DNA of 60,259 nucleotides, the filler included, from Aduncisulcus paluster (lineage: Eukaryota), in NCBI GenBank assembly GCA_024181965.1. It is 5 parts of 5 records of this genome, joined end to end, with 100 filler letters (N's around TTAATTAATTAA, not from the genome) between each part and the next. Parts side by side here need not be neighbours in the genome. Positions count along the whole stretch, not along the records: positions 22,170 to 41,457 come from BQXS01010823.1; 4 more parts are not named here. One strand, 5' to 3'. The position numbers were made by a program, and so were the translations under genes. A model generated the notes under the pieces. The model was not told the origin of the DNA, did no database searches, and was given only the letters and a program-made list of their open reading frames with translations. This document shows, piece after piece, positions 22,923-37,900 of the stretch; positions within the stretch are counted from its first letter, which is position 1; every line of letters begins with the position of its first letter.

Positions 22923-25900
22923 ATGGTGGTTTCTTCCTCTTCTTCCTCATCTATATTAAAATCTGTTTCTTCTGTTAACTTCTATAATGACCTTTTTGAA
23001 GGACATGACACCGAATCAAAGCAATACAAATTATTTCAAATTATTTTTGACCTTGTTATTCCTCTTTTTGTTCATGATTATAAGCCAACAACGGAGATTA
23101 TTACTGAATTGGAAAAGAAAAGATCTTTGATACAATCCATGATATTTGACGCTAAAGAAGAGAATGAAGATGAAAGATCTGAATTGAAAGATGATTTTCC
23201 TTTTTCTTCTTCATTCAAGCTTCACAATGATACCCACTTTCTCCAGACTTCGCATTTCATTCAAACACCATCCACAGTCTCCAATATAAATACTCTCCTT
23301 CCAGCGATTCTGACTGGATGTCCCATTTCCTTGCTTGGTGAAGCCATGTGTGGGAAAAGTTCCCTTGCAAATCACATTGGAAAGCTAAGAAGAAATCTGT
23401 TTGGCACCAAGTCAAAGATCGAGAGGTTTCAGTGCAACCAAAATTCTGAAAAAGAAGCTATTTTTGGATCTCTTTCTCTCTCAAATTCATTTTCTTACGA
23501 GCTAGGTCCACTCACAAGAGCTATGCATATGGGTCACATATTTATTCTGGAAGACGCTCATTTACTGGAACCTTCGATCCTTCAGCAAATCTCGAATGCT
23601 CTTTCGGTATTTCCTGGCCAACAAGTCCCTTTACCCAACAATAATTCCAAAGTTGTTGTTAGGCATGTCGATTTTATGTTCGTTTGTACAAGCCGTAAAC
23701 CGTTATCAAATGTATTACCATATGTTCCAATCTTGAATATGAACTTATTCAACGAGGCTGATATCATTTCAGTATGTGAATATTATTCGAAATGTGAAAC
23801 TGGGCATAAATATCACCATTTAATTTCTAGACTGTTTTCAACAATGATGAAACAGAACAAAAACCTTTCATTCTCATTCAAAGATGTCAATACACTTCTT
23901 AACAGACTTTCCTATCTCTGTAAAGTGACTAAATTCTATGAGAATTGTGATGTTCCTCACGTTTCCGAGAAACGAACCTTTTTCATTCAGAATGTTGTTC
24001 CTGCGCGCCTTTTTGCACAGCTACTTATCTCAAAGATTCCTCAAACAAAACGAACAGATATATTACCAGATATTTATAGAATTATCGACTCAGTGTGTAA
24101 TTTATCCAGTTCAGATTCAAAATTCAAGGACCAATTTATGAAGACCGAACAATGGATATCTTCTCCTGTTATTGTTGAAAAACATACCAAAATGATCAAG
24201 AAGGGTCATTTATCGATTCCATTAAGTGCCAAAAAGCTTGCCACCCTCACTATTCATCCAAGAATCCTTCAATTAATCTTCCTCCTTGAGTGCACTTCAC
24301 CAATAGAACATGTTCTACTCGTTGGAGAGACAAGTTATAAGTCCAAAGCACTGGCAGATTGGCTGAATCACATTCCAACCAGAGATCATAACATTCCTGT
24401 GTTCGAATTCTCAAGAGAAAGTGAGATATCTTCTATTTTAGGTTCTGAACAACTTCATACACTTCTCCAAATAGATGAAACTTGTGAAATGATGAAAAAA
24501 CAGTTGCAAAATATTGGAGAAGAAAGTTTAACATCAGGAAACCATGTGATATATGAATATATTGACGAATTAAAGAGATTGAAACGTTGTAAGCGTCGTG
24601 ATATTCGTCGTCACAAATCTGATCCATCTTCAAACCAATCCATTGGATTTAACCAATATTGTATGAATTTTGTACCATCGTCCTTGCTGACTCGTGCTGC
24701 GATTGGAAGACCAGCCATTATCAAGAACATTGCTCTCCCACCTGCTTCTGTTGTGGAAAGTTTATGTCCTTTATTGCACCCAGATGGTCCACTATTTGAC
24801 ATTCCAAAGTGTAAATTCTTTTACAATACGAATGGAACACCCAAATCGACAAAACATTGCATGAACACTGCTTCCAGAAGAGATAGATTTTTATTATATG
24901 CCACATGCCATCCAAGGAATTATGATAAACTTTCTCCGGCGATTAAAACAAGAATGACAGTAATTCATGTTGAACCATATTCTTATGATGATATTTCAAT
25001 AGTTATTGAGAATCAGTTTGAAGCCTCGATTGCAAAAATAAGAAAGAAGAACAGTTCCAAAATGTTCGAATTTAAGACATCGATATTTGATCAAGCTAAG
25101 CCCAAATTAGTCGACATTTATGAAAAAGCTTCACATCATATTTCTATTCCTTTCAGATCACTTATTCTTTGGATCGATTCAACAGTCGCTCTTCTTGCTG
25201 AAGGAAATGAAGACGAATCAAAATTATTCGAAGAAGAAGAAGAGGAAGGAAGAGAAGAAAAAAGGGAAGAATTAATTGAAAGAAAATATCCAGATGATGG
25301 AAGAGAGCCCAATATTTCAAGAATTGATATCAGTATTTCGATTTCCTTTGTTCGATCTATTTTAGATGGAATTGATTTTGAAAGTAGAAAGATTCTCTTG
25401 AAAATGCTACTCCAAGAAAATATGCTTCCCAAATCATTTTTGGACATTATTCCTGATCAATTAACCCCTGATAAAGACACACTCCATTCACAATCAGTAT
25501 CCAATGCATTGCAATCATCTTCATATTCACTTCTAGAATCAGTTTCTTCATTGTCATTTGAAGATTATTTCTCGTTAAACATCATTGAGAAGGAATTCAA
25601 TCGATATGTGCATGTTGAAAGCAGAGTTTCTCATTTGGCATTCGATTTCCCAGTTTCTGAATCATATTCTATTCCCAATTTGGATGAGTTTATTTTTGTC
25701 CCAACAATGATTCACATGATGGATGCATTCCTCACTGCTGTAGCCTGTAATTATCCCGTTTTCATCGAATCAGCTCCAGGAATTGGAAAATCTGCTTGTG
25801 CTCAAGTTGTGGCTTCTATTCTTGGTCTTGGTTTCACTCGCTTCAATTTTTCCAATTCCACTTCCCTTGAGGATTTATTTGGAAGATACCAAAGCTTCAA

Positions 25901-28900
25901 GGAGAAGACACGCCATGGTGAAGAAGTTGTACAATTTAGACGTGGAGAAGGGGCGTTGTTGGCTGCCATTGGTAAGTCAAACAAATCAACAACCACAAGT
26001 TCAAGCCCAACTAAAATCATATTATTTGATGAGACAAACCTCGCTCCACCCGAAGTTCTCGATGTGTTACTTCCTATGTGCACAATGTCAAAAAGAACTG
26101 TCACGTGCCCTGATGGTTCCATCATTGATTGTTCCCATGTGCTCATATTTGCAACATTGAATCCTGCAAATATTTCCGGATCAAGAAATCCTATTCCAAT
26201 GTCACTCCAGCAATCTGTATTCTATCTTAATGTTCCTCAATATTCTACCATTGAGTTATTCAATATTGCAAAGGCCAAAATCAGTGAACTGAAAAGCCTT
26301 ACCGAAATCGATCCGGTTTCTAAATTGATTCGTGCCCATGCCACAGCTATGAAGGTAACTAAAAAACAAGGAAAAACTGATTATTCTTCGCTCCGAGAGA
26401 TTATCAAAGTTATTGAGATATTTAATGCGGCGAATGATGCCAATGCCCCATTAGATTTTACATTTATCCTCGATCTTGTTTATTTCTCAAGATTTGACCC
26501 AAGCATGAGGAATGAACTAATGAGAGAAGCCCATATTTCCTCTTCTGCTTCTCAACTATGCAATTCTCTCTTGCAACCCTATCGAGTTCTTTCTAAAGAT
26601 GGAAGAATCAGCCTTCATTTTGGTCGTGCGAGAATTGATTGTACTGATTGGATCTCAAATAGAGATCTTGCCAAGTTTGCCACATTCAAAATTGGTGAAC
26701 ATATCCCCATTCCTCACTCCCTTTCATCCCAACAACTGGTCGTGATGGAAAAGATGGCGAGCATCATACCAACGAAACGAGCCATCCTTTTGCTTGGAAG
26801 CAGTGGTTCTGGCAAGTCTTTCTTGGTGGAGACTATGGCACATGTGTGTCAAAAGAAGCTAAGGGTTATCCAATTGAACAGCGAATCTGAGATTGGTTCT
26901 ATTGTTGGAAGATTGGAGCCAACACCACCAGAAGGACAGGAAAAGATAACAAATCTGATCGTGGAAGCCATTCAAATTGTATTATCCCCATTCTCTCGTT
27001 TGGACAGATCTCTAAAATCGGATGCTCAAAAAAAGATAAGAATTTTGCTTAAATATATTCCAGATTTGTTGCATGAAAATATGACAACAAGAAAGACCAC
27101 CCTATTGAATTGTGTTGGAATATTCCCTGAGTTCAGGCGATCTCTTGAGGCATGTGAAACGTTCATTCAACAATCAAAGGCCAATTTCCAATTCGTTGAG
27201 TCTATTCTCATTGATGCGATGGAACAAGGTGACTTCTTCCTCCTTGATAATCTCCAAGCAGCCCCTTCAGATGTTTGTGAGAGATTGAACTCGTTGATTG
27301 AGGAAAAACAAAGATTGTATTTGTTTGAAAAGGATTCAAAGACTATTTATGTGGAAAATCCACAGAAACCTGGAGAAAAACCTATTCACAAAGATTTTCG
27401 ACTCTTCATGACCGCAGATCCTTCACGAACAGGGGCCCATGCCATTCCACCTAGTTTCATGTCTCGATGCATTGCAATTTCGACTTCCAAGCTTGTTCCA
27501 GACTTATCAATAACTTCCTCTGATTCGATATCTGAGGGTTCTGCTTCTTCCCGGTCAACATTGACATCAGTTTCGAATGACCAATTTATGAGTAGTCATG
27601 AACAGTTTGTTGCTAAAAACCTGGTAGAAATTGCAGCGAGATCAATGTATGTTAGAGATGGGATATTTGCAAATAACAAACAACTTTCTCTTGATTATGG
27701 ATCAGCTCTTGCATGTGCCTTTGCCAATATCAACAAATTGTGGTGTCTTTCTCCACCATCAGATTGCACGACCCAATTTAGTGTTCGATCATTCTTCCAC
27801 ACTTTACAATCTTTTGATATCATAATGAGAAAACAAAGATCTCTTCCTGAATCTGAAAGAAGTGATCCTGTCGAAGTTTTAAGATTTGTTTTGTCACACC
27901 ACTACATTTCAATGAGTGAAGAAATGGACTACCAAAAAAAGGCAACAAAACATATCCTTGAGGATGTTGTAAAGAATTATAACTCCTTGAAATCTGTTCA
28001 ATTTGAAGAAAAACACGATGTATTCATGGAATTTGACAAAAATATTGCCAATTTTGAGATTCATTGTTTATCCAATTTGCATGGTTTAAAACAGAAAAAA
28101 GATAAAAATACTGAGGGGGAAAAGGATCAAGATGAATCAAAATCTGTTAAGGTTTTATTTTCTTCCCCCCGTTGGGATTTTGAAATGTTTTGTTCAACAA
28201 CATCAATATTGGAATATCTCCAAGATCAAGATAATGAGGAAAAATATGAATATGTCCATTTAATTCGAAATGGTGAATCCCATGAGGCTTCTTCGAACCC
28301 ATATTCTTCGTCCCGTCAAAGGCATTCCAAACCAACCAATGATATGCTTGATCAACAGAAGAATCATGACATTTTCCAGCGTTTTGAAAAAGTTATGAAA
28401 CATTCCACCCCGACGGTGTCTTTTGAGGATACTATTTCTAAAATTAGAGATATTATGATCAGCATGTTAAACAGTCTTCTTCACCAATCCATCCCACTTG
28501 AAGAGTTCATTTTACGTTTCAATGAAATGAAAGTATCAGCAGTATCATTTGTTAACATTTCCAATAGCAATGCCCATATCAAGAAAATGAATGAAAGATT
28601 TTCAATGTTGGTCTGCCAAATGTTGTATCCTTTATTCACTCTCATTGAATATTCATTGAGGAAATATCAGGAAATATATACCCCATTGTCATCTATTTCA
28701 GAACATAACCCTGATCATTATGAGTTGGAAGATTCTGAAGAGCCAGAAGAGGAAGGACAAGTTGTTAAATTCAAAGATACCCATAGAGAAGAAAGATCAT
28801 TAAACCCCCTGAATCTAGACAAATCATCGGCCCTCCAATGGCGTGTTGATTCATATACTCGCCAATTCATTACCAATTCTACATCTTCTTCTTCCTCTTG

Positions 28901-31900
28901 TTTACTTCCATCAACTTCCTTCATGTATCCGACTATCCTTCTTGCTTCAGTCCAGTACGCATTTAGGATTTTTCAAAATCATCAAATGCAAGAGGGAGAC
29001 AAGTTCATAATTGAAAAGACTTTTCTTCAATTGATGATTGATCAAGAGTTCCTCAAATTGGTATGTATTGATAATCTCTCAGATGCTCAAATTTGCTCTT
29101 TATTGATGGCTTTTTATGTGGGAACCAATGACTTTAAAACTGTAAAAAGCACTGATCTTGAACTCACGAGCAAGACTTTATCAATAATGCTCAAAATCAC
29201 ACCTTCTTTACGAATTCTTGGCAAATATGGAATAATATCAGTCTCAATTGTTAATGTAGACAAGAGTGATGATCCCAATGAGAGAAATGGAAATCCCGAG
29301 GCTGGTCAACTGTTTATTTACCTTGACAAACATAAAATCACAAGGATAGCTTTCCAGAGATCGCATGAGTTTGGAGGAGATGGATTGATTTGTGATTATA
29401 AAGATCCTCAGTTTAAATCGTTGCGCTTGACCCCGGTTGATTTTATAAGATGTGTTTCAGTAAGTTTGTCCCAACAAGTTAAAAAGCAGAAGAAATCAAA
29501 GAAATTCGAGTCAAAGATTCTCAAATTGTCCATCCCCGCTTCTTCCATTTCTAAAGAAGCAGTTAAGCAACTTCCAAAACAATCTGTTCAAAAAATTCCT
29601 AAGTATGATTTGTATTTCCAACAAATTCCTCAAAATTTCTTCAAATTTGATCAAAGAACAAAACTCGCAAAATCTGATTTCTTGTCAATTGTTTCTCTCA
29701 TGTTTCTTGTTCCTCGTGAGAATATGATCTTCTTTGATCCTTTCCTCAAGAGTTCTCTGATCCATCCAATGCATTCTGAGATATTTTTGAATATTTCAGA
29801 GATATACAACGATTTATCCATCAATTTAACTGATATCTCCATGTCAGCAACTTCATTTGCTCAGAATTTATCTAGATGTGTCCACGATTTGCATTTATTT
29901 GATGATATTGTGTTTCCACAATACCGTATGACCTTTAATATATACCAAAAACGTGATAATATCATTGGTCCATTATGTACACACAAAGATAAAACATTTC
30001 AAGAGATAGTTTCAACTCTTTTTGGCCCAATAGAATCTGCTGAACGTATTTCTCAAATTAATCAATTGGATGAGATAATTCTCAACATTCATAAATGGAC
30101 GGTTGAGAAAATAGGAATTCATTGCTCCTCATTCGAAACTCTTGTAAAATTGTTCCAGAAATTGAAACAAGAATCGAATGAAGAAGGGCTTGAAAAATTG
30201 AAAGTGTCAGAAGAAACAAAAAAGTTGAAAACATGTATGGCCATTTTGAAAGAGAAAATTTCCGAACTTCAAATCGAGCTCAAACATTCAAGATCATTCC
30301 AGAGATTGAAAGAAATTTCTGAAAAATTGTCTAAAAAAGTTGAAAAACTTATGGAAGAAGAAAATGAAGGAATGTGTGATAATATCGCCGGAAAAATCCA
30401 AGAATTAATGTTGAAATATGAAGAAGTGAAAGATAACTTGGAAATTTTAATGATGAAATTCTCAACATTCATAAATGGACGGTTGAGAAAATAGGAATTC
30501 ATTGCTCCTCATTCGAAACTCTTGTAAAATTGTTCCAGAAATTGAAACAAGAATCGAATGAAGAAGGGCTTGAAAAATTGAAAGTGTCAGAAGAAACAAA
30601 AAAGTTGAAAACATGTATGGCCATTTTGAAAGAGAAAATTTCCGAACTTCAAATCGAGCTCAAACATTCAAGATCATTCCAGAGATTGAAAGAAATTTCT
30701 GAAAAATTGTCTAAAAAAGTTGAAAAACTTATGGAAGAAGAAAATGAAGGAATGTGTGATAATATCGCCGGAAAAATCCAAGAATTAATGTTGAAATATG
30801 AAGAAGTGAAAGATAACTTGGAAATTTTAATGATGAAATTCTCNNNNNNNNNNNNNNNNNNNNATGAGATAATTCTCAACATTCATAAATGGACGGTTGA
30901 GAAAATAGGAATTCATTGCTCCTCATTCGAAACTCTTGTAAAATTGTTCCAGAAATTGAAACAAGAATCGAATGAAGAAGGGCTTGAAAAATTGAAAGTG
31001 TCAGAAGAAACAAAAAAGTTGAAAACATGTATGGCCATTTTGAAAGAGAAAATTTCCGAACTTCAAATCGAGCTCAAACATTCAAGATCATTCCAGAAAT
31101 TGAAACAAGAATCGAATGAAGAAGGGCTTGAAAAATTGAAAGTGTCAGAAGAAACAAAAAAGTTGAAAACATGTATGGCCATTTTGAAAGAGAAAATTTC
31201 CGAACTTCAAATCGAGCTCAAACATTCAAGATCATTCCAGAGATTGAAAGAAATTTCTGAAAAATTGTCTAAAAAAGTTGAAAAACTTATGGAAGAAGAA
31301 AATGAAGGAATGTGTGATAATATCGCCGGAAAAATCCAAGAATTAATGTTGAAATATGAAGAAGTGAAAGATAACTTGGAAATTTTAATGATGAAATTCT
31401 CAAATTCGCACCACAACACCCCCAAAGGTGAATCTGATCTTGGAATTTTATGGAAAGCAATGATTTCTAAGATTAAATCTTCGAAACCCAAGAAAATAGC
31501 CCTTTTCACTCGATTCAGAAGATTATTTAATGTTCAATATTATATTTCCAAATTGACCCCCTTAAACCAGATTGATGATCCATTGCATTGTGAAGGTTCA
31601 TATTCCACGTTAAAGGCTCGAGAATATATGATGAAAACTATTAATATTCTAGAATCGATTGTTCCTCAAAAATCTTCAAATCTTCAAAAACTAAAATCCA
31701 ATTTGAATCATTTCATTGATTGTTTAATGGATGAAATTCGTAATGATGATCTTGTTCGGGCTTGTGACGCAATTCTAACTTGGCTTAAACTATGGTCTTT
31801 GAAAGGATTTCTTGATGAATTGAAGAAATATGATTTTTCGAAATCAGTTTTGAATCACTTTCAATCATTCCTTTCTCTAGCAAAAGAAATTAGAATTCAT

Positions 31901-34900
31901 GACACCTCCATCATGTCATGTTCTTATGAGTTTATCATCAATCCTCCCTCCGATTTGAATATTCGGAATATGCTTGGATTCTTTTCAAAACCCTTATTTG
32001 AAAATCCAAAGGCCAAATTTATCCCCAAAAGACTCGGATTAGGAGATTTTGATTCAAATATAGATTCTAATATAAATTATTTGAAGAATTTATATATAGA
32101 ATACTCGGATATACTTGCAAAAAAATTGAAATTTGAGGAATCTGACCCTTGTTCAATGTCAAATCCAAAACATAATACGCTTATTCAGCTATTCTGTATT
32201 GAAACCGATGTTCCTTTTGAAAATGTTAATGTTGATCCATCCAAATTCGAACCTGTCAGTTTCCCACTAACATATATTGTTTTGCGGGCTATTTCAAAGC
32301 AATATCACACCGATCTTTCTATTTCTACTCTTCCAAAAAGTCACACCGATCCACCTCTTCCGTTATTCGTTAAAGACTTTGCACGATCAGTTTTACTCGA
32401 ATCTATTGAGGCTTCTCCAACAAAGTCAACATGTATGGATAGAATCAGTGGAAATAGCGATGTTCTTTTGCTTTTCTCTTTGTTCAAAGGCCAGGCATTT
32501 GTGAAATCGAAAGATTTATTTATTTATGAGTTGATAAATCAATTATCTGAAGCTCCAAAGAAATCTTTATCAAAATTGGAGAGAGATAATGGAAAGTTTA
32601 ATCACCTTGTAAGGAACTTTTTATCACATGAATCTGGAAGAATGTTCTTCAGAATGCGAGAAAATTTGGAATATATAATTAGAAATCCCCAAATTCTTGA
32701 TGATATTAACCCTTACGGGAAACCCACAAAATCCCTAGATGAAGATCAAATGCAAGATATGGTTATATTTTCTCCCCTTGCGGCATACATCAGACAATTC
32801 AAAGAATATCTAGTGGAAAATGAAAGGGAACACCGTTGTTATATGGAGCGTCTCGATCAAAAGTTGAAGGAATTATTAACAATTTCCCAAGTTCAGAGAA
32901 AAGTAATCCAAGAATTTCAAGAATCTGTAAAATCCAATTTTGAAATATGGTCAAAAGAATTATATGACCGAGAAAAGGAAAGATTTGATGAAGATCGCAC
33001 GCAGAGAGAGTGGATGAATATTATCGGATCTTTGAAGGCTATCAAGGATGTTTGGGATGGAATGAAAGAAGAACTCGGAACATATTCATTCAATGTTACG
33101 TGTAATGTTGATAAAGATGGAAAATTTAATGCTCATGCATCAGTCATTTCCTTGGGAAGGATGAAAAAGGCTTTCAATACAGTTAAATCATTTCTCTCGT
33201 TCCTTTCCAGATCTCGTGCAAAGCTCCAGTCTGTTATAACTCTTTCAAGTGATCCGTTTTGTACTCTTAAAACGATTCCATCTATTCTAGAAACTCTCTC
33301 ACGACATTTCCGTGACATTCCTAAGCGTGAATACCGTTTCCTATGTATTCATGTGAAGGAAAGATGTAGCAAAATCACTGTCCAATTTAAGAAATCCAAT
33401 GTCACCTTTGAAAACAAGGCTGGAGATATTCCAAACCTTATTTTCATAATTCCCGTGAATATGAAGAATACTGAGTTTCCAGAAGTATCCCCCAAATCTG
33501 CGGAATTATGTTGGATCACTGTTCCTCCCTTTTATTTTGAAAGTGACTCATTATCATCAATTGAGACTGTAGAACCCAAACAACTTTCTGTTCCTCTTGA
33601 GTTTTATCCAATTTTGGAAAGACAATCATTGCTCGATTACTATTCTAAATTCATCAAAACTTTTGAAATCTATGAGAGTTTCACGAAAGATTGTGAGTTA
33701 CATCTTCCCTATGATATTGGCAATATTGAAAAATGTGAAAATACTCTAAGACATCTTACCAGTGAAAAAGGGAAGCTTGAAAACATTGTACGTAATCTTT
33801 CAACAGCAAGAGATAGCATAAAAGATCCTTCAGAGCATCAATTTGAAGTATTTCAATTGAAATCTTCAAAATCATCCCCAATTCATATCGATACATCAAA
33901 AATAGAGTCAAAGATTCAGGTTATCGACGGCAAATTTAATTGTAAATCAGTATTAATTCCCATAATTGAACCTATATTTAGCTGCTATCGATTCCTTGAG
34001 GAAGAATCACTCTGTTCGATTTTAATACACAATTCACAAGATTACTCAAATATCACATTTTCCCATCAACCTAGATCCGATTCAATGATCTCTCTTGATG
34101 AAGAGGAAAAAGAAGAGGATGAAAAAGAGAAGGAATCTGTTACTATTGACCCAGAAAGATTTTTCTCTCTTTCTCAAAATTTATCAAAAAGGTCCAAATC
34201 AAATAACATTGAAATTTTAATTCAGTTCAATGGATGTGAAGTTCCTGCAATAGATTCTGAGAAACTAATTGAGGAATATCATGCTCTAAAAATAGAATTC
34301 CCTGATCATACATCTGCTATTCTTCCAATTAAGATTCAGTCGAAAATAGTTCCAAATATTGTTTCGCTTTGCTTTGAATCTTCCTCAAAAACGTTTGGAA
34401 TGAAAGATAACAAAATTATGTTTGAAGGCGATTTGCCATTGAAATTCAAAATCTCTCGGCCTGAGGGATATTTGCCCGATATTTTTAGATTTTACGCTGA
34501 TGTTTCTCCAAATATTGGGAATTTCTATCCTCAATGCGTGTGGACAGTTAAGACTGATATTGTTTCCATAAAACCTAAACAAGAGTTAAAATATGGAAAA
34601 TATTTATACATTAATTCCATTTCTTCTTGTTCTCTTCCCAATATGTCCATTAAAGGTGCGATCTCAAAGTCAAAGAGGATAGTTTTATGTGGGATATATG
34701 AAAAAAAAGGATATTACAACTATAAATTTGAGGAATTGAAAAAAATATCGTGTTCAACTTATAGTGGATATAAATGGTTTAAGTTATTTATGTATAATGG
34801 ATTGGATGAAGATCATAAGTTTATGATACGTGCTGAATCTAAAGATCTTAAACCAGCAATATACATGTTCAAAACAGATTTTGTTAAGAAAGGTGAATGG

Positions 34901-37900
34901 ATAGAATTTAAGCTAGAAATTTATGTTCCTTTCACTTATTCCTCAACCATGAAACAGTATAATTTGAAGTTTCATATTGAGTATGGAAATAGTGATCCCA
35001 TTCATTTTGATATTCCTGTCATTTCAGAACCCCATTCTGGATCAAATCCTATGAATTGGACACCTCGACACCATTTTGATTTAGAAAAGGAGAAATCCAA
35101 TCTTTTGTCTCATCTTTTGCAAACCGAAAAGAAATCCTCATCTCCTAAATCCAAACAATCTGATTTCTCTGGAGCTTCCCATCCTCATTCTTCTCAAAAG
35201 AAGTATTTTAGGAACAAAAAAGAAATATCAAAAGAAGAATTTGAATCTGAATCCTCAAAAATTTCTCCATGTGATTCGAGTGGTTTTTCCAAATATCCCA
35301 AACTTGAACTCGCCAAACAAAGAGATTATTCCCTTCCAAATCCATCCATTTCCATTCAAAAGCTCGAAGAGAAACGATCACCAAAATTATTGAGAAACAT
35401 TCAAGGAATTTATGAATTTTGGAATGAATTGGACCATTTCATTGGAAAGATTGATGAGTATGTTTCATGTATCCAGATCTTTGATTCAGATGAAGAAAAG
35501 AAGAAATATATTGACCAACTTGAGGAATTGTTTTTGTATATTCAACAAATATGGGTTCGTTCATCTGTTGCTCAATGCCCCATAAAATCAATCCTTGACC
35601 AAAAGATTGCAACCTCAAAGAAAAAAGTTGATGGAATTGTTTCAAAGAGTTCACCTAGTCATGTACAGAAAAACTCTATTCTTTCCCCTTGCAAGCGTAT
35701 TTCCTCTGGATTAATTGAACTCTCCAAGTCAAATAATGCAAGTTCTGATGTTGTTGATCCAACAAACCACAAAGATAATTCCATATCTTCCTCTAACTCC
35801 CAAGGTCCATCAAAAAGTCGTATTAATTCCAACATTCGCATGGATGGTTCAATTAGTTCCAAAGTTGTCGGTGGAAGTTTATCAATTCGAAGCTCTCAAC
35901 TGTCAAGATCTCTCGGAGGAGATTCAAAAACGCGATCAATTCACGCGAAAGACACAAAATTATTCAGGATATCAAGACCTTTCAAACCTTCTGAAAGTGA
36001 AAAAGAAGCCCTTAAGATGTTTGATCAAAGTCAGTGTTTTTCTCTTGATGTATTGCAAAAATTGACAAAAGAACAAGAGGAAATAATTCGTGACTCGAAA
36101 GATATTTCACTCAAAACCACAGTCAATGAAAGTGTTTCCATAATTCGAAGTGATTCTTCCTCCAAGAATCCGCAAACTCCCGATGAATATTATGCTCGAA
36201 CATTATCAATTCTCAGTGAAGTTCAGACTTCAGAGGAAGATGGAGTTCCTTGGATTGTCAAACGTTCCTTGGATCAAACAGATATCAAAGGCAAAAAGGA
36301 ATTAGTTTCTTTGATCTCTTTTAATGATGATGATGATGAAATTGAGGCAGATAGTTTTGAGAATGTTCGTTCTATCATGAAATATGTCCAACCGATGGTG
36401 GACAAATTGGTTGGACATGTCTGTCAGCAAAGAAAAGATGGCAAAATAACATTCGATTCAACTGATGTTGTGTTGGCAATTGATACTCACAAGTTTCTCA
36501 AAGACGAAATCCACTCTGTTGTGCTGATGGTTTTCATATATTCATGTGTTTTACATCATCTTGAGCAACGATATTCAATTGTTTTGTTCGGGGATCATTA
36601 CCATCAGTTTGTTGTGAAGTCTATCCATGAACCCCATTCAGATGAAGCCTTACAACGTTTTATCGATGCTTTCACTGCTGCAAACTGTCTGATCACATTC
36701 CCTCTCGATTGTTTCAGTTTTATTGAGACAAAATGTGGATTTGGCAAGATTGGAGAAGAAGAAGAAAAAATGGGAAAAGAAGAGGGAAGAAGAAGGAAAA
36801 TGTGACTGGGAATCCTCCTCAAACTCCGGTTTTTCCACCATTCTAATTAGTTCGTGTCTGTCTCTTCATGTCGTAAATTCAAATTGCCATTTTGGGGGGG
36901 AATACGATTGGAATAAGATATTTACTGGGAATTCTCTTGACATAATTGTTGTTAATCTTCTCCAAGAAGAAAAGAATAGGTCTCATCTTGAAGCATGTCT
37001 CTCAAAAATCCCAGCTAAATCTGAAACTTCCCGTCGAATCCGATATCATTCGCTTGATATCAGTGATATTCGTAAAATGTTCTTTGAAAAAACGGATTTA
37101 ACAAGATTCCAGAAATGTGATCCTTTGAGTAGAATTTTATGTTATTCGATACATCGTGAACTCAAACCAAAGATCGAAATTGAAGCAATTTCAAAGGATT
37201 TGATTGATACTTTCATTGAATCATGTGCCAGCGATTTGTCGAAAGGAATTTCCATATCTTCTCCAATATTTTCTAAATTTAACCATAAAACCATGTCTAG
37301 AATTAGCAAAGATGTGGATATCTCATTTATAAATAGCGATTTATCAGTGATCAAGCCAGTGTTACCATTAATTAGAAGTGATGTGCTTATCCTACCCAAA
37401 GAAGAAGATCTTCACCAAATAACTATAGAAATGACACTTCAAGATCCAATCAAAGCTCTCCCTTCAAGATTATTTCAGCTCTCTCCAGCTCACATGNNNN
37501 NNNNNNNNNNNNNNNNATATCTTCTCCAATATTTTCTAAATTTAACCATAAAACCATGTCTAGAATTAGCAAAGATGTGGATATCTCATTTATAAATAGC
37601 GATTTATCAGTGATCAAGCCAGTGTTACCATTAATTAGAAGTGATGTGCTTATCCTACCCAAAGAAGAAGATCTTCACCAAATAACTATAGAAATGACAC
37701 TTCAAGATCCAATCAAAGCTCTCCCTTCAAGATTATTTCAGCTCTCTCCAGCTCACATGATCTTCTTGAACACTCAAGCTGCTCAACTTGGAAATTCTAT
37801 TAAACCAAACAAGGCCACATCCATGATTTCTTCAAATTCAGGGACTGAGATTGATTTCCACAAGTTATTTATGGCTCTGATGGGAAGTATGGAGACGAAG

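Noticed and set aside
30078-31400. Tandem repeat as a real coiled-coil expansion or CRISPR-like array
   Set aside because: Copies are identical, have no spacers, break the frame, flank an N gap and join at microhomologies, all pointing to an assembly artefact.
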